From the NCBI GenBank assembly GCA_035291545.1, contig DATDRW010000069.1:2348-66347 (forward strand): a stretch of DNA of 64,000 nucleotides, written 5' to 3'. The DNA is from Acidimicrobiia bacterium. GTDB taxonomy: Bacteria; Actinomycetota; Acidimicrobiia; Spongiisociales; UBA11373. The notes under the pieces are model-generated. The model searched no databases. It had not been told where the DNA came from and saw nothing but the letters and a program-made list of their open reading frames with translations. A program made the position numbers and the translations under genes. Within the stretch, counting starts at the first letter, position 1; each line of letters opens with the position of its first letter. Below are positions 18,533-28,242 of the stretch, piece after piece.

Positions 18533-19785
18533 CCCGGCTGGCGCTGCTCCGCCCCTCGCGACCGCTCCAGCGTCGCGAGACCGCGGCCCTCGCCCTCTTT
18601 GCGCTCATCGCCCTCGCCCAGGGCTGGACGGGTGCCGCCATCACCCACGTCCTCCCCTTCGTCCAGGACGACTACGCGCTCAGCGACGCCGAGGTGTTCG
18701 ACCTGATGACCGTCATCCGGGTCACCTCGCTCCTCGCCATCGCCTTCTCCTGGTGGGGTGATCACCGCGGGCGCCGGATGCCCCTGCTGCTGGCGTTTGC
18801 ACTGCTTCCGACGGCGACGCTGCTGAGCGCCGTCACCTCCGGCGCCGGGATGCTGACCGCGACCCAGGCGGCGGCCCGGGTCGGGACCATCGCCATCAGC
18901 GGCCTCGCCCTGGTCGTGCTTGCCGAGGAGGTCGGCCCCGAGGTGCGCGGCTACGCGGTCGGCATCTACGCCCTGGTCGGCTCGATGGGGACGGGCCTGG
19001 GACTGGCGCTCCGTCCCCTGGGTGCGGGTGACACCGACGGGTGGCGCGTGCTGTTTGCCCTCAGCGCGGTGCCGCTGCTCGGTCTGCCCCTCCTCGTCCG
19101 CCGACTTCGTGAGTCGAGGGCTTTCACCCCTCAGCCGTCGCGTCCACGCCTGACCGCGGTGCTCCGCGGCACCCATGCATCCCGGTTTTGGCCGCTTGCG
19201 GGACTGTCGTTTGCGGTGTCGGCCTTCACCGCTCCCGCAGCCAACCTGGCGTTGGTTCGATTGGAGAACGATCTCGGCTGGTCGGCGGCCGGCGCCTCGC
19301 TGCTCCTGGCCGCCACCAGCGCCCCCGGGGTGATCCTGGGAGTGCTCGGCGGCGGCCGTCTCGCCGACGTCTTGGGACGGCGGCCGACCGAGGCCCTCTC
19401 GCTGGTGGTGGGCGTGGCGGGCGGCTTTGCCTTCTACCTGATCGATGGGGGCTGGATGATGGCGGCGGGAGTAGGTGTGTCCAATCTCGGAGCGTTTGCG
19501 TTCGCTCCGGCGTTCGCCGCGCACCGGGCAGAGTTGTTCCCCACCGGGATCCGGGCCACCGCCGTCGCCTGGATCGTGAACGCATCGATCCTCGGAGGAA
19601 TCGCCGGGTTCGCCGCCGGAAGGTTCGTCGTCGACGCCTGGGGGATCTCCGGCACGGTCGCCGCACTCGGGGTCCTGGTGCTCGCCGCCACCGCGTTGAT
19701 CGCACCGCTCCCCGAGACCAGGGGACTCATCCTGGAGGTGAGCGGAACGGACCCCTCGGGCTCACCCTTCTCCATGCCAGGGTGA
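18531..19785 (+). CDS. MFS-type transporter
   Basis: This is the C-terminal roughly 418 aa of the artefactual 982-aa ORF 16837..19785. It has 10-12 predicted transmembrane segments with Gly-rich loops. The TTG start overlaps the csaA-like stop as TTGA. Confidence 0.55.
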
Positions 19786-21043
19786 TTGCCCGCACGACGA
19801 GCAGGGTGGCGATCCCCCACCACACCCCGGATAGGCCCCATCCCAGAGGCAGCACGGCGAGCATCACACCGGCGGCGAGAGCCGACGCGGCGACCATCGC
19901 TCCCGCCAGGTAACGGAAGTCACCGGCGCCGATGAACACCCCATCGAGCACCCACACGACCGCCCCGAGGGGCTGCAACAGCGCTACCACCCACAAGATG
20001 CCCTCCACCGCCCGGCGAACCGGTGGATCGGCCCCGAACCATCCCGGGAGGAAGGGCGCCAGCATCAGAAGGACGACACCGGCGACTACGCCCGCACCGA
20101 CGCCGAGTACCAGCAGGCGGTCGGCGACCTCGGTGGCTTCCCGGTGCCGTCCGGCGCCCAAGAGACGACCCACCACCGCCTGGGCCGCGATCGCAAACGC
20201 GTCGAGCGCCAGAGCCGTGAAGAGAAACACCTGCATCAGCACTTGATGGGCGGCGATCGCCGTGTCGGACACCCGGGTGGCGACCGAGGTCGCCAGGGTG
20301 AACGCCACCATCAACGCGGTGGTGCGGATGGCGAGGTCGCGACCCACCACCAGGAAGGACCGCACCTCGCCCGCCACGGGGCGGGCGCCTGCCAGGCCGT
20401 AGCGCCGCCGGCCCCGGGCGAAGAGAACCAGAAAGGCGGCGGCTCCCCCCCATTGTGCGATCACCGTCGCCCAGGCGGCACCGGCCACCCCCCAGCCCGC
20501 CCCGAAGATGAGCAGCGGGTCGAGCACCAGGTTGACCAGGTTCACCCCGACGGCCACCAGGAAGGGGGTACGCGTGTTCTGGTATCCCCGATACGCCCCG
20601 TGCCCGACCCGCATCAGGAGCACGGCCGGGGCGGCCAGCGCCCGAACCCGGACGTACTCGACCGCGGCCGCGGCGACCTCACCGTTGGCGCCGAATGCCC
20701 CGATGATGTCCTCTCCGAAGCCACGGAGCACCAAGACCACCACACTCCCTCCGCAGGCGGCAAGAGTGAGAGCCGTGACCACGGCACGACCGGCGGTCGC
20801 GGTCTGCCCGGCGCCCACCGCCCTGGCGACCACCGTCGTCGTGCCGTACTCGAGGAAGTTGAAGAGGAAGAACGAAACGGTGAAGAGGGCCGTCGCCACC
20901 CCGAGCCCACCGAGGGCGTCGGTTCCGATGCGGCCGACAAACGCCGTGTCGACCAGGCTGAGCAGCGGGTCGGCGATGAGTGCCCCCAGCGCCGGGAGCG
21001 CCAACGCGACGATCTCCCGGTCGTGGGACGAGCGCAGCCGGAT
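19727..21043 (-). CDS. MATE-family efflux transporter
   Basis: It has 12 transmembrane segments and N-terminal MATE motifs (ALALPALGALIADPLLSLVDTAFVGRIG). The GTG start overlaps the nth stop as GTGA. Confidence 0.75.
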   Translation of the reverse strand: MRLRSSHDREIVALALPALGALIADPLLSLVDTAFVGRIGTDALGGLGVATALFTVSFFLFNFLEYGTTTVVARAVGAGQTATAGRAVVTALTLAACGGSVVVLVLRGFGEDIIGAFGANGEVAAAAVEYVRVRALAAPAVLLMRVGHGAYRGYQNTRTPFLVAVGVNLVNLVLDPLLIFGAGWGVAGAAWATVIAQWGGAAAFLVLFARGRRRYGLAGARPVAGEVRSFLVVGRDLAIRTTALMVAFTLATSVATRVSDTAIAAHQVLMQVFLFTALALDAFAIAAQAVVGRLLGAGRHREATEVADRLLVLGVGAGVVAGVVLLMLAPFLPGWFGADPPVRRAVEGILWVVALLQPLGAVVWVLDGVFIGAGDFRYLAGAMVAASALAAGVMLAVLPLGWGLSGVWWGIATLLVVRAITLAWRRVSPRGPFRSPPG

Positions 21044-21693
21044 CACCGGAGCGTCTTGTCGGGATACGGGCAGCGGTCGGTGAGCACGCAGTCGAAGCAC
21101 CGGGGCTTCTTGGCGTCACAGGTGTCCCGGCCGAACTGGATGAATCGCATCGAGATCCCCGACCACGCCGCCTCCGGGTACAGGTCCTTCAGCGCAGCCT
21201 CCACCTTGACCGGGTCGACTGCAGCGGTGAGACCGAGACGGCGAGACACCCGGCCGACGTGGGTGTCGACGGCGATGGCGGGGTGTCCGAACGCTTCGGC
21301 GAGCACCACGCTCGCGGTCTTCCTCCCCACACCCTTGAGGGAAACCAGCCGGTCGAGATCGTCGGGCACCACGCCCGAGAAGCGCTCCACGAGGTCGGCG
21401 GAGAGGTCGAGGATGGCCCTCGTCTTCTGGCGATAGAACCCGGTCGAATAGACCACCGCCTCGACCTCCTCCGGGTTGGCCGCGGCGAGGTCGTGGGGTG
21501 TGGGCCACCGGGCGAACAGCACGGGCGTGACCCGATTCACGGTCTCATCGGTGGTCTGAGCGCTGAGCACGGTCGAGACCAGCAACTGCCAGGGGTTGCG
21601 GTAGTCGAGCGCGGTCCGGACGCTCCGGTAGCGCCGCTTCAGCCGATCGAGGATGGTGCGGGCATTCCTCCGCTCGGCCTGAGACGCGGTCAT
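21043..21693 (-). CDS. nth: Endonuclease III
   Basis: It has a HhH-GPD motif (LVSLKGVGRKTASVVL) and the C-terminal 4Fe-4S cysteine cluster CFDCVLTDRCPY. Confidence 0.9.
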   Translation of the reverse strand: MTASQAERRNARTILDRLKRRYRSVRTALDYRNPWQLLVSTVLSAQTTDETVNRVTPVLFARWPTPHDLAAANPEEVEAVVYSTGFYRQKTRAILDLSADLVERFSGVVPDDLDRLVSLKGVGRKTASVVLAEAFGHPAIAVDTHVGRVSRRLGLTAAVDPVKVEAALKDLYPEAAWSGISMRFIQFGRDTCDAKKPRCFDCVLTDRCPYPDKTLR

Positions 21694-21744
21694 CGGGCGG
21701 CGATGGTACCGGGGCGGCGCCCGACGGTACCCTCGCGAGCCGTG

Positions 21745-22371
21745 TCCTCACCCGCGACCACACCAGGTGCCGCCGCCCTGGAGCGCGCGGTGCGCGAACG
21801 CGGCAGGGTGGAGGGATCGCTCGTCAAGGTCGACGACTTCCTCAACCACCAGGTGGATCCCGCCCTGCTCGATCTCATCGGGCAGGACATCGCTGACCGC
21901 TGGGAGGGTGAGCACATCGATCTCGTGGTCACCGCCGAGGCGAGCGGAATCCCGCCGGCACTGACCGTGGCCCGCAGCCTCGGTGTTCCGATGCTCTATG
22001 CCAAGAAGTACCTCCGGACCACTACCGAGCGTCCGTCGTACGTGCGGGAGGTCGCCTCTCCGACCAAGGGCACCGAGTACCGGGTGGAGATCACCCGCCG
22101 ACTGCTCCCGGGAGGCCGCCGGGTACTCGTGGTCGACGACTTCCTCTCCGGCGGCCGTACCGCCGAGGCTCTCGGAGAAATCATCGAAGAGGCCGGTTGC
22201 TCGGTTGTGGGGTTCGCTTTCGTAATCGAGAAGTCGTTCGTGGAGGGGAGGAGCCGGCTTCTCGACCGAGGGTGGCGGGTCGACTCCCTGTTGCGCGTCA
22301 CCTCGCTCGAGGGCGGACTCGGCCTCGACACCGCTCGATTCGTTCCCGAGCACCGCGACGGCCCCGGCTAA
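21745..22371 (+). CDS. xpt: Xanthine phosphoribosyltransferase
   Basis: It reads VKVDDFLNHQVDPALL and has the PRPP-binding loop VLVVDDFLSGGRTAEAL. The start is GTG about 21745 or ATG 21703. Confidence 0.75.
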   Translation, partial: SSPATTPGAAALERAVRERGRVEGSLVKVDDFLNHQVDPALLDLIGQDIADRWEGEHIDLVVTAEASGIPPALTVARSLGVPMLYAKKYLRTTTERPSYVREVASPTKGTEYRVEITRRLLPGGRRVLVVDDFLSGGRTAEALGEIIEEAGCSVVGFAFVIEKSFVEGRSRLLDRGWRVDSLLRVTSLEGGLGLDTARFVPEHRDGPG

Positions 22372-22398
22372 CCTTCCCCCCTCGACACCGGAGGCCTT

Positions 22399-23115
22399 GT
22401 GGAAACCCGCGGTCGGCCAGACCCCACGACCCTCGCGTTCCACGCATCGCGCATCGTCACCGACCTCGGCGTCCTCCTCATCCTGGCGTCGATGAACCTC
22501 ACCTACGTCACCGCACCCGGAGGGGACCGCACGGCGATGGCTCTCGACGCCCTCCCGGCGCTATTGCTCGTCGCCCCGATCTTCATCGTCACGCTCCTCC
22601 CGGATCACACCCGTCCCCTTCCCCGCCCGGTTGCGTGGGGGGCTCTCGTGCTCGGCCTGGTCGCGTTCCCCTATGCCATCGTGAAATACCTCGATGCGGT
22701 CGTGCTCGCCGACACCCTCGACGGTACCCTCGGCCTCGGGGTGCGGCTGCTCGTGTTCGGCGCCTTCGTGACCATCGTCGGGATCGTCATCGGCCTCACC
22801 CGTTCGTGGATGGGACTCCCCTCCGGCGGATCGCCGACCCGGCGCACCGCGGTGCCGACGGCGCGGCGCGGTCCGGCGCCGGATGCGCCCGCCGTCAGCC
22901 GGGCCGAGGCGTCGCGTCCCCGACCGGCCCGGGCGGTGCCGGAGCAGAACCCGTTCACCGATCCCCTCTTCGATTCGCTCGAGATCCCGGAAACCCGCGC
23001 GCCGGAGGCCGCCTCGACGCGTCATCCGGATCTCGTGTACGACGCCGGGGGCGCCGCCGACCGGTCCGCCGACGAGGGCCCGGAACCACCGCGGGATCGA
23101 CCGCCCGGTCGCTGA
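22399..23115 (+). CDS. Hypothetical membrane protein with four transmembrane segments and a disordered Pro/Arg-rich C-terminal tail.
   Basis: It has a GTG start with GGAGG upstream and a hydrophobic core. The segment AIVKYLDAVVLADTLDG weakly resembles the next ORF. Confidence 0.4.
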   Translation: METRGRPDPTTLAFHASRIVTDLGVLLILASMNLTYVTAPGGDRTAMALDALPALLLVAPIFIVTLLPDHTRPLPRPVAWGALVLGLVAFPYAIVKYLDAVVLADTLDGTLGLGVRLLVFGAFVTIVGIVIGLTRSWMGLPSGGSPTRRTAVPTARRGPAPDAPAVSRAEASRPRPARAVPEQNPFTDPLFDSLEIPETRAPEAASTRHPDLVYDAGGAADRSADEGPEPPRDRPPGR

Positions 23116-23118
23116 ACC

Positions 23119-23496
23119 GTGCACCCCTGGCACCCGATCGCAATCGTCGGAACGGCCTTCGCGGCACTGTCGATGCCCTTTCCCTTCGCGACGCTTCCCG
23201 TCCTCGGGGTGCTCAACGGGATCGAGGCCGATGCGTGGCCGTCTCTCATCCCCCTGCTCCCGCTGGTGCTGTTTGCTTCCATGGGCGATTGGGGACGGGG
23301 ATTGCGGCCGACGGCCGCAATCGCGGTGATCGTGCCGGCGTGTCTCGCGGTCATCTTCGCGGTTGCCAAGCTCGCCGATGCCGTCCTGGCCGTACGCGCT
23401 ACGACCGGCGCATCGATGGGTGCTGGGGCGTTCGTCCTGCTCGGGGGAACCCTGATCGCTCTCGGCGGAGCGGCCGCAGCACTCAGCCGCGTCTGA
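23119..23496 (+). CDS. Hypothetical membrane protein with four transmembrane segments. It may be a paralogue of the preceding ORF.
   Basis: It has a GTG start, and the segment AKLADAVLAVRATTG parallels KYLDAVVLADTLDG of the upstream ORF. Confidence 0.35.
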   Translation: MHPWHPIAIVGTAFAALSMPFPFATLPVLGVLNGIEADAWPSLIPLLPLVLFASMGDWGRGLRPTAAIAVIVPACLAVIFAVAKLADAVLAVRATTGASMGAGAFVLLGGTLIALGGAAAALSRV

Positions 23497-23991
23497 TCAG
23501 AGTGTGAACGGGATGCCGATGGCGATGTAGAGAAAGCCGGCGACCGCCGACCAGAACGCCGTCGGGTTGGGTGGGGGACGCAGCCCGCGCCGAAGCCGCT
23601 CCATCGGATCACGGCGCTTCATCACCTTCCCGTGACGCACGTCGGCATCGTGCTCCACGTCGTCATCCTGGGTGTTGCGGGCTCCGACGAGCGCACCGGC
23701 CGCTCCGACCGCGATGTTGGCGAACCCACCGCCGCGGGCGCCGCCGGCGAGAAGGCAAAGCGTGCCCGACGCAAGCGAGCTGTAACCGAACGCATGGGTG
23801 AGACGCGCGCTGGATGCGAGGAAGATGACCAGGGCGATCACGCTGATCGCGACAAGGCCGAGCAGGAAGACCTTGACGTACACCAAGAGCCGCTCGCGTA
23901 GTGGCTCGGCGACCCACAGTTTGTTCCGGGTATCCCAGCGCCGTCGTTCCAGAAACGTCCGCGGTCCCGGGGTGACCGGTGGCTGCTCCAT
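23497..23991 (-). CDS. Hypothetical membrane protein
   Basis: It was trimmed to MEQPPVTPGPRTF.... There are two long hydrophobic helices (LLVYVKVFLLGLVAISVIALVIFLA and FWSAVAGFLYIAIGIPFTL). Confidence 0.35.
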   Translation of the reverse strand: MEQPPVTPGPRTFLERRRWDTRNKLWVAEPLRERLLVYVKVFLLGLVAISVIALVIFLASSARLTHAFGYSSLASGTLCLLAGGARGGGFANIAVGAAGALVGARNTQDDDVEHDADVRHGKVMKRRDPMERLRRGLRPPPNPTAFWSAVAGFLYIAIGIPFTL

Positions 23992-24052
23992 GTCCCGAGG
24001 GTAGGCGGATGCCGGTTCCGCGCACGACCGATGCGGGATATCCTCGCCGGTC

Positions 24053-24934
24053 GTGACCAGGACATCCCTCGCCGTGCTCTCGCTCGTGCTCGCCGCATTT
24101 CTGTTCGGAGCGACCTTCGTCGTGGTGAAGGATGCGATAACCGCACTGCCTCCCCTCGGGTTCGTCGGGTGGCGCTTCACCATCGGTGCCGCAGTACTTC
24201 TCGCCGTGTCCCGCCCCAAGGCCCGTCAGGCCGCGATCGCCGGCATCGTCGGCGGATTGTGGCTGTTCGCCGGATACGCCTTTCAGACGAAGGGCCTCGT
24301 GACCACCACCGCCTCGAACTCGGGGCTGGTCACCGGGCTCTACGTGGTATTCACCCCGCTGCTCGCCGCCGCGGTGGGACGGCGCCGTCCTCGCCCCCTC
24401 GTGGTCACGGGTGCGCTGGTGGCGTTCGGCGGGCTGGCCGTCCTCACCATGTCGAGCACGCTCACGCTGCAGAGCGGCGACCTGTCGACGATCGCCGGCG
24501 CAGTCGGCTTCGCCGGCCACATCGTGTACCTCTCCCGGGTGGCACACCGGTACCCGGTCGTCGCTTTCACCGGTGTCCAACTCGCCGTGGTCGGGGTCCT
24601 GGGGCTGACCTCGTCGGCCCTTTTCGAGGACTTCACCCTCCCCGGATCCGAATCCGTCACCGCGCTCCTCGTCACCGGGATCGCAGTCGGCGCCGGCGCC
24701 TTCCTGCTGCAGGTGTGGAGCCAGACCGTGCTCGGTCCTTCTCGAACCGTACTGATCCTCGCTCTGGAGCCGGCATTCGCCGCGCTCACCGGGGCGGTCG
24801 TGCTCGGAGAGCGGCTCGGAATGCGCGGCGGCATCGGTGCCCTCCTCATCCTCGCCGGGATCTATGTCGTGCTCACCGCCACCGGGCCGGAAGACGACCT
24901 ACCCACGGCCGAGTCGCTCTCGGCCGCCCACTGA
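24053..24934 (+). CDS. EamA/DMT-family transporter
   Basis: It has 10 transmembrane segments forming two EamA repeats, and the N-terminus LAAFLFGATFVVVK is typical of the family. Confidence 0.7.
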   Translation: MTRTSLAVLSLVLAAFLFGATFVVVKDAITALPPLGFVGWRFTIGAAVLLAVSRPKARQAAIAGIVGGLWLFAGYAFQTKGLVTTTASNSGLVTGLYVVFTPLLAAAVGRRRPRPLVVTGALVAFGGLAVLTMSSTLTLQSGDLSTIAGAVGFAGHIVYLSRVAHRYPVVAFTGVQLAVVGVLGLTSSALFEDFTLPGSESVTALLVTGIAVGAGAFLLQVWSQTVLGPSRTVLILALEPAFAALTGAVVLGERLGMRGGIGALLILAGIYVVLTATGPEDDLPTAESLSAAH

Positions 24935-25210
24935 AGGGTCGAGCGCATCGTCGTCCCGCCGCTGTTCGGCGATAGACCGCACGTGGAGCGCAGCCCGCAG
25001 CGCCACCAGCAGCAAGAACAGCACCAGTCCGAGCACGGCGAGGAGTTCCGGGCCGTCGAAATACGACGTGTGGCAGGCACCGATCCCCCCGGTGCAAAGC
25101 CCGAACCCATCGCCGCCTCCGGCGAGATCGAGCAGCACGATCAGCGGCAGCAAGGCCGCCGCCACGATCCCCACAATGATGCCGATGACGAGGATCCGGA
25201 TCGAGGTCAC
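24899..25210 (-). CDS. Possible small membrane protein. It overlaps the eamA 3' end and the call is weak.
   Basis: It has a GTG start and one long hydrophobic stretch. No family is recognised, so it may be a shadow ORF. Confidence 0.2.
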   Translation of the reverse strand: MTSIRILVIGIIVGIVAAALLPLIVLLDLAGGGDGFGLCTGGIGACHTSYFDGPELLAVLGLVLFLLLVALRAALHVRSIAEQRRDDDALDPSVGGRERLGRG

Positions 25211-25353
25211 GGGGCAACGGTAGAACGGTTGGCGCCTTTGTCGGGGACACCCGGGCCGGCACCGGGGACAAGTCGACCGCCGGTCCCTCCTCCGATTGCC
25301 AGCGGCTACCCACGGCGGTACCGTCGCCGCACGGTGAATCACAAGCGTGTGAG

Positions 25354-27000
25354 ATGACCTCGGCGTCGACCTTCTATCAAGAGCCCTTCAGCGGGGACGA
25401 GGCCGCACTCCTCGGTCGCTACTTCACCAACACCGACGGCCCGGTCTTTGCGCTCATCAACCTCCCTGAAGTCGTCAAGGGTGCCCTCTTCGCCCGCTAC
25501 AGCCGCAGCCCCAAGTCGTTGCGGAGGCTGTTCCTCGACGAGTTCTCGGCGGCACCCGAGGTTGGGATCGGTGAGATCGCCGGGGCCCTCGGTGCCGAGG
25601 ACGGCACGGTCCGGATGGCCCGGGCTGAAGAGTTGTACGCCAGAGTGTTCAACCAGTACGGGGACGACTCGGTGGCCCAACTCGGGGCGATGCATCTCGC
25701 CTGCGAGCAGGCATCGAACGTGCTCACCAAGGTGCTCGAGTGGGGCCGCCTGGCCGCATACCTCGAACAGAGCACTCGCTACATGTTCTACGACGAGCGC
25801 CTCGGCGGCCGCTACCGCTACCGAGTCCCACCGGAGGTGGCCGGCTCGAGCCTGGAGGCCGACTTCACGAAGACCCTCGATTCCCTGTTCACCACCTACG
25901 GTGCGCTCACGCCCGGCCTGACGACCTACTACGAGACGCTATTCCCCAAGGCGGAAGGCGACTCGGGATTCGTGTACCGCAGCACGATCCGCGCCAGGGT
26001 GTGCGACGACCTCCGCGGCCTGCTCCCGGCCGCCACGATCTCCAACGTCGGCATCCATGGCTCCGGACAGGCCTTCGAGATGCTGCTCCTGCGGATGCGG
26101 TCGCATCCGCTCGCCGAGGTGCGCAGCTACGCCGATCTCATGCTCACCGAGCTGCGCAAGGTTGCCCCGGCCTTCCTCCGCCGGGTCGACGTCCCCGACC
26201 GCGGGGGCGACTGGTCGCGCTATCTCGAAGAGACCGCGGCAGCGATGCGCCTCATTGGTCGAGAATTCGACGCCACCCCACCCGACCGCCCCGAGGTGAC
26301 CCTCGTGGAGTGGGATCCCGAGGCGGAGGCCAAGGTCGCCGCAGCAGCGCTCTATGCGGTCACCGATCTCCCCGACGACGTGCTCCTCGAGCGGGTGCGG
26401 GCACTCCCCGCGACGGAACGGCTCCGGCTCATCACCGGCTACACGGGCGACCGCCGCAATCGCCGTCACAGGCCCGGAAGGGCGTGGGAGCGCACCGGCT
26501 ACCGGTTTGACATCCTGTGCGACTACGGCATCTTCCGCGACCTGCAGCGCCATCGCATGCTCACGATCGAGTGGCAGCGGCTCGGCACCCACCATGGGTT
26601 CATCGTGCCTCCGTCGATCGACGAGCTCGGCGAGCAGACACGCTGGCGAGAGGCGATGGAGGGCGCGGCCGTGCTCGCCGGTCGGCTGGCTGCAGCGCTC
26701 GGTCCCGAGGTCGCCCAGTACGCGGTCCCCTTCGCCTACCGGGTTCGCTTCGTCATGCAGCTCAACGTGCGCGAGGCGCTTCACCTCCTGGAACTCCGTA
26801 CTGCGCCGGGCGGGCACCCCGACTACCGCAGGGTATGCCAGGAGATGCATCGCCTGATCCGCGACCAGGCGGGACATGTCGCGCTCGCCGAGGCGATGCG
26901 GTTCGTCGATCACTCCGACACTGATCTGGGGCGCCTCGACGGCGAGCGGCGGGCCGCGGCCAGACGCGCCGCCGCCGGGGTGGGCGATCCCGACGACTAG
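25354..27000 (+). CDS. Tandem-duplicated ThyX-like protein (548 aa) from the FAD-dependent thymidylate synthase (Thy1) family. It is an intragenic fusion of two ThyX domains.
   Basis: Half 1 has the ARYS N-motif. Where canonical ThyX reads RHRIASYNELSGRY, half 1 reads WGRLAAYLEQSTRY. It also has the C-motif LRMRSHPLAEVRSYA. Half 2 has FRDLQRHRMLTIEWQRL, with RHR intact but the Ser..RY lost, and LRTAPGGHPDYRRVCQEM. Confidence 0.6.
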   Translation: MTSASTFYQEPFSGDEAALLGRYFTNTDGPVFALINLPEVVKGALFARYSRSPKSLRRLFLDEFSAAPEVGIGEIAGALGAEDGTVRMARAEELYARVFNQYGDDSVAQLGAMHLACEQASNVLTKVLEWGRLAAYLEQSTRYMFYDERLGGRYRYRVPPEVAGSSLEADFTKTLDSLFTTYGALTPGLTTYYETLFPKAEGDSGFVYRSTIRARVCDDLRGLLPAATISNVGIHGSGQAFEMLLLRMRSHPLAEVRSYADLMLTELRKVAPAFLRRVDVPDRGGDWSRYLEETAAAMRLIGREFDATPPDRPEVTLVEWDPEAEAKVAAAALYAVTDLPDDVLLERVRALPATERLRLITGYTGDRRNRRHRPGRAWERTGYRFDILCDYGIFRDLQRHRMLTIEWQRLGTHHGFIVPPSIDELGEQTRWREAMEGAAVLAGRLAAALGPEVAQYAVPFAYRVRFVMQLNVREALHLLELRTAPGGHPDYRRVCQEMHRLIRDQAGHVALAEAMRFVDHSDTDLGRLDGERRAAARRAAAGVGDPDD

Positions 27001-27060
27001 TGCCGCGTCACGCAACGTCTGGCGCGGTCACGACGGCCCCCGACGCCACCGGACGGGGCA

Positions 27061-27294
27061 TTAGCCGGCCAGCGGGATACGCAGCACCAATCGATCCCCC
27101 TCGACCGCCGCCTCGGCGTCTGCGATCAGCGAGTAGTCGACGAAGTCCTGCTGCGCCGACGCCAGGAAGCGGCGGCGGGCCTCCCCCTCCAGGGGCGGCA
27201 CACCTCGCTCCTTGACGGCGGCGGCGCGGTCGCGGAAACGCTTGCGGAAAACGTCGATGTCGAACTCGGCCACGTTCCTCCCCGACGGCTTCAC
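27061..27294 (-). CDS. Hypothetical small protein (77 aa)
   Basis: It is a clean ORF with protein-like composition, and no family is recognised. Confidence 0.35.
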   Translation of the reverse strand: MKPSGRNVAEFDIDVFRKRFRDRAAAVKERGVPPLEGEARRRFLASAQQDFVDYSLIADAEAAVEGDRLVLRIPLAG

Positions 27295-27387
27295 ACCAGG
27301 CTAGGCCGTTCGCCGCCTACCCTCCCCCCTCGGCAGCCGTCCCCGTCCGGCCGGTCCGGTTGCGAGTGTCCTTGTAGTCGAGCCTGG

Positions 27388-28242
27388 ATGAGAGCGGTGC
27401 TGAACCGACGGCTGCTGCTGGTCACGGGCAAGGGAGGCACGGGCAAGAGCGCCGTGGCCGCCTCGCTGGCCGTCGCCGCCGGCCGGCGCGGATTGCGGGT
27501 CCTCGCCCTGGCGATGGACCATGGAGCCGGCCTGGCCCGTCACCTCCGGGCCACCACGCTCGGTCCGGCACCACAACGCTGCGGAGACGTCCACGTCGCC
27601 GTCGTCGACCCGGTCGCCGCCCTCGACGAGTACCTGCGGATGCGGGTACGGGTGCCCCGCCTGGCCGCGGTGAGCCGGGTCTTCGCCGCGGTCGTCGAGA
27701 CCGTGCCCGGTGTGCGTGACACCACCATGATCGGGAAGGTCGTCTTCGAGTCGACGCGCCCCCGGTGGGATCTCGTCGTTGCCGACGCTCCCCCGACCGG
27801 GCAGGTGTCCTCCTTCCTCGAGGCCCCGGCGACCATCGCCGGCCTCGTCCCCGGTGGCGCCGTCCGCGACCAGGCCGCGTGGATGCGTTCCGTGTTGGCC
27901 GACCCTCAACACACCGGACTCGTCGTCGTCGCCACACCGGAGGAGTTGCCGGTGACCGAGGCGAAGTCGTTCATGGCCGGGGTCACCGCGAGCCGTACCG
28001 CCGCCGTGGCGGCGTCGGTGGCCAACAAGGTGCTGCCGGCGCCCGATTTCGACGGTTCCGCTCTTGCCGGCACCACCGACTCGTCGAGCCGCCAGGCGGG
28101 CGCACTCCACCTCGCCCTCATCGAACGACAACAGGGCCACCTGATGGACCTGAAGGCGGATCGCACCATCCCGTTCCTCTTCGGGATGCGCACGGCCGGT
28201 GAGACCACAGAGCGCATCGCCGACCTCTGGGGGACGGTTTGA
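27388..28242 (+). CDS. ArsA/Get3-family ATPase, the first gene of an adjacent pair.
   Basis: It has the deviant Walker A VTGKGGTGKS and an ArsA-like core (DAPPTG). It is the same architecture as the mycobacterial Rv3679. Confidence 0.75.
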   Translation: MRAVLNRRLLLVTGKGGTGKSAVAASLAVAAGRRGLRVLALAMDHGAGLARHLRATTLGPAPQRCGDVHVAVVDPVAALDEYLRMRVRVPRLAAVSRVFAAVVETVPGVRDTTMIGKVVFESTRPRWDLVVADAPPTGQVSSFLEAPATIAGLVPGGAVRDQAAWMRSVLADPQHTGLVVVATPEELPVTEAKSFMAGVTASRTAAVAASVANKVLPAPDFDGSALAGTTDSSSRQAGALHLALIERQQGHLMDLKADRTIPFLFGMRTAGETTERIADLWGTV

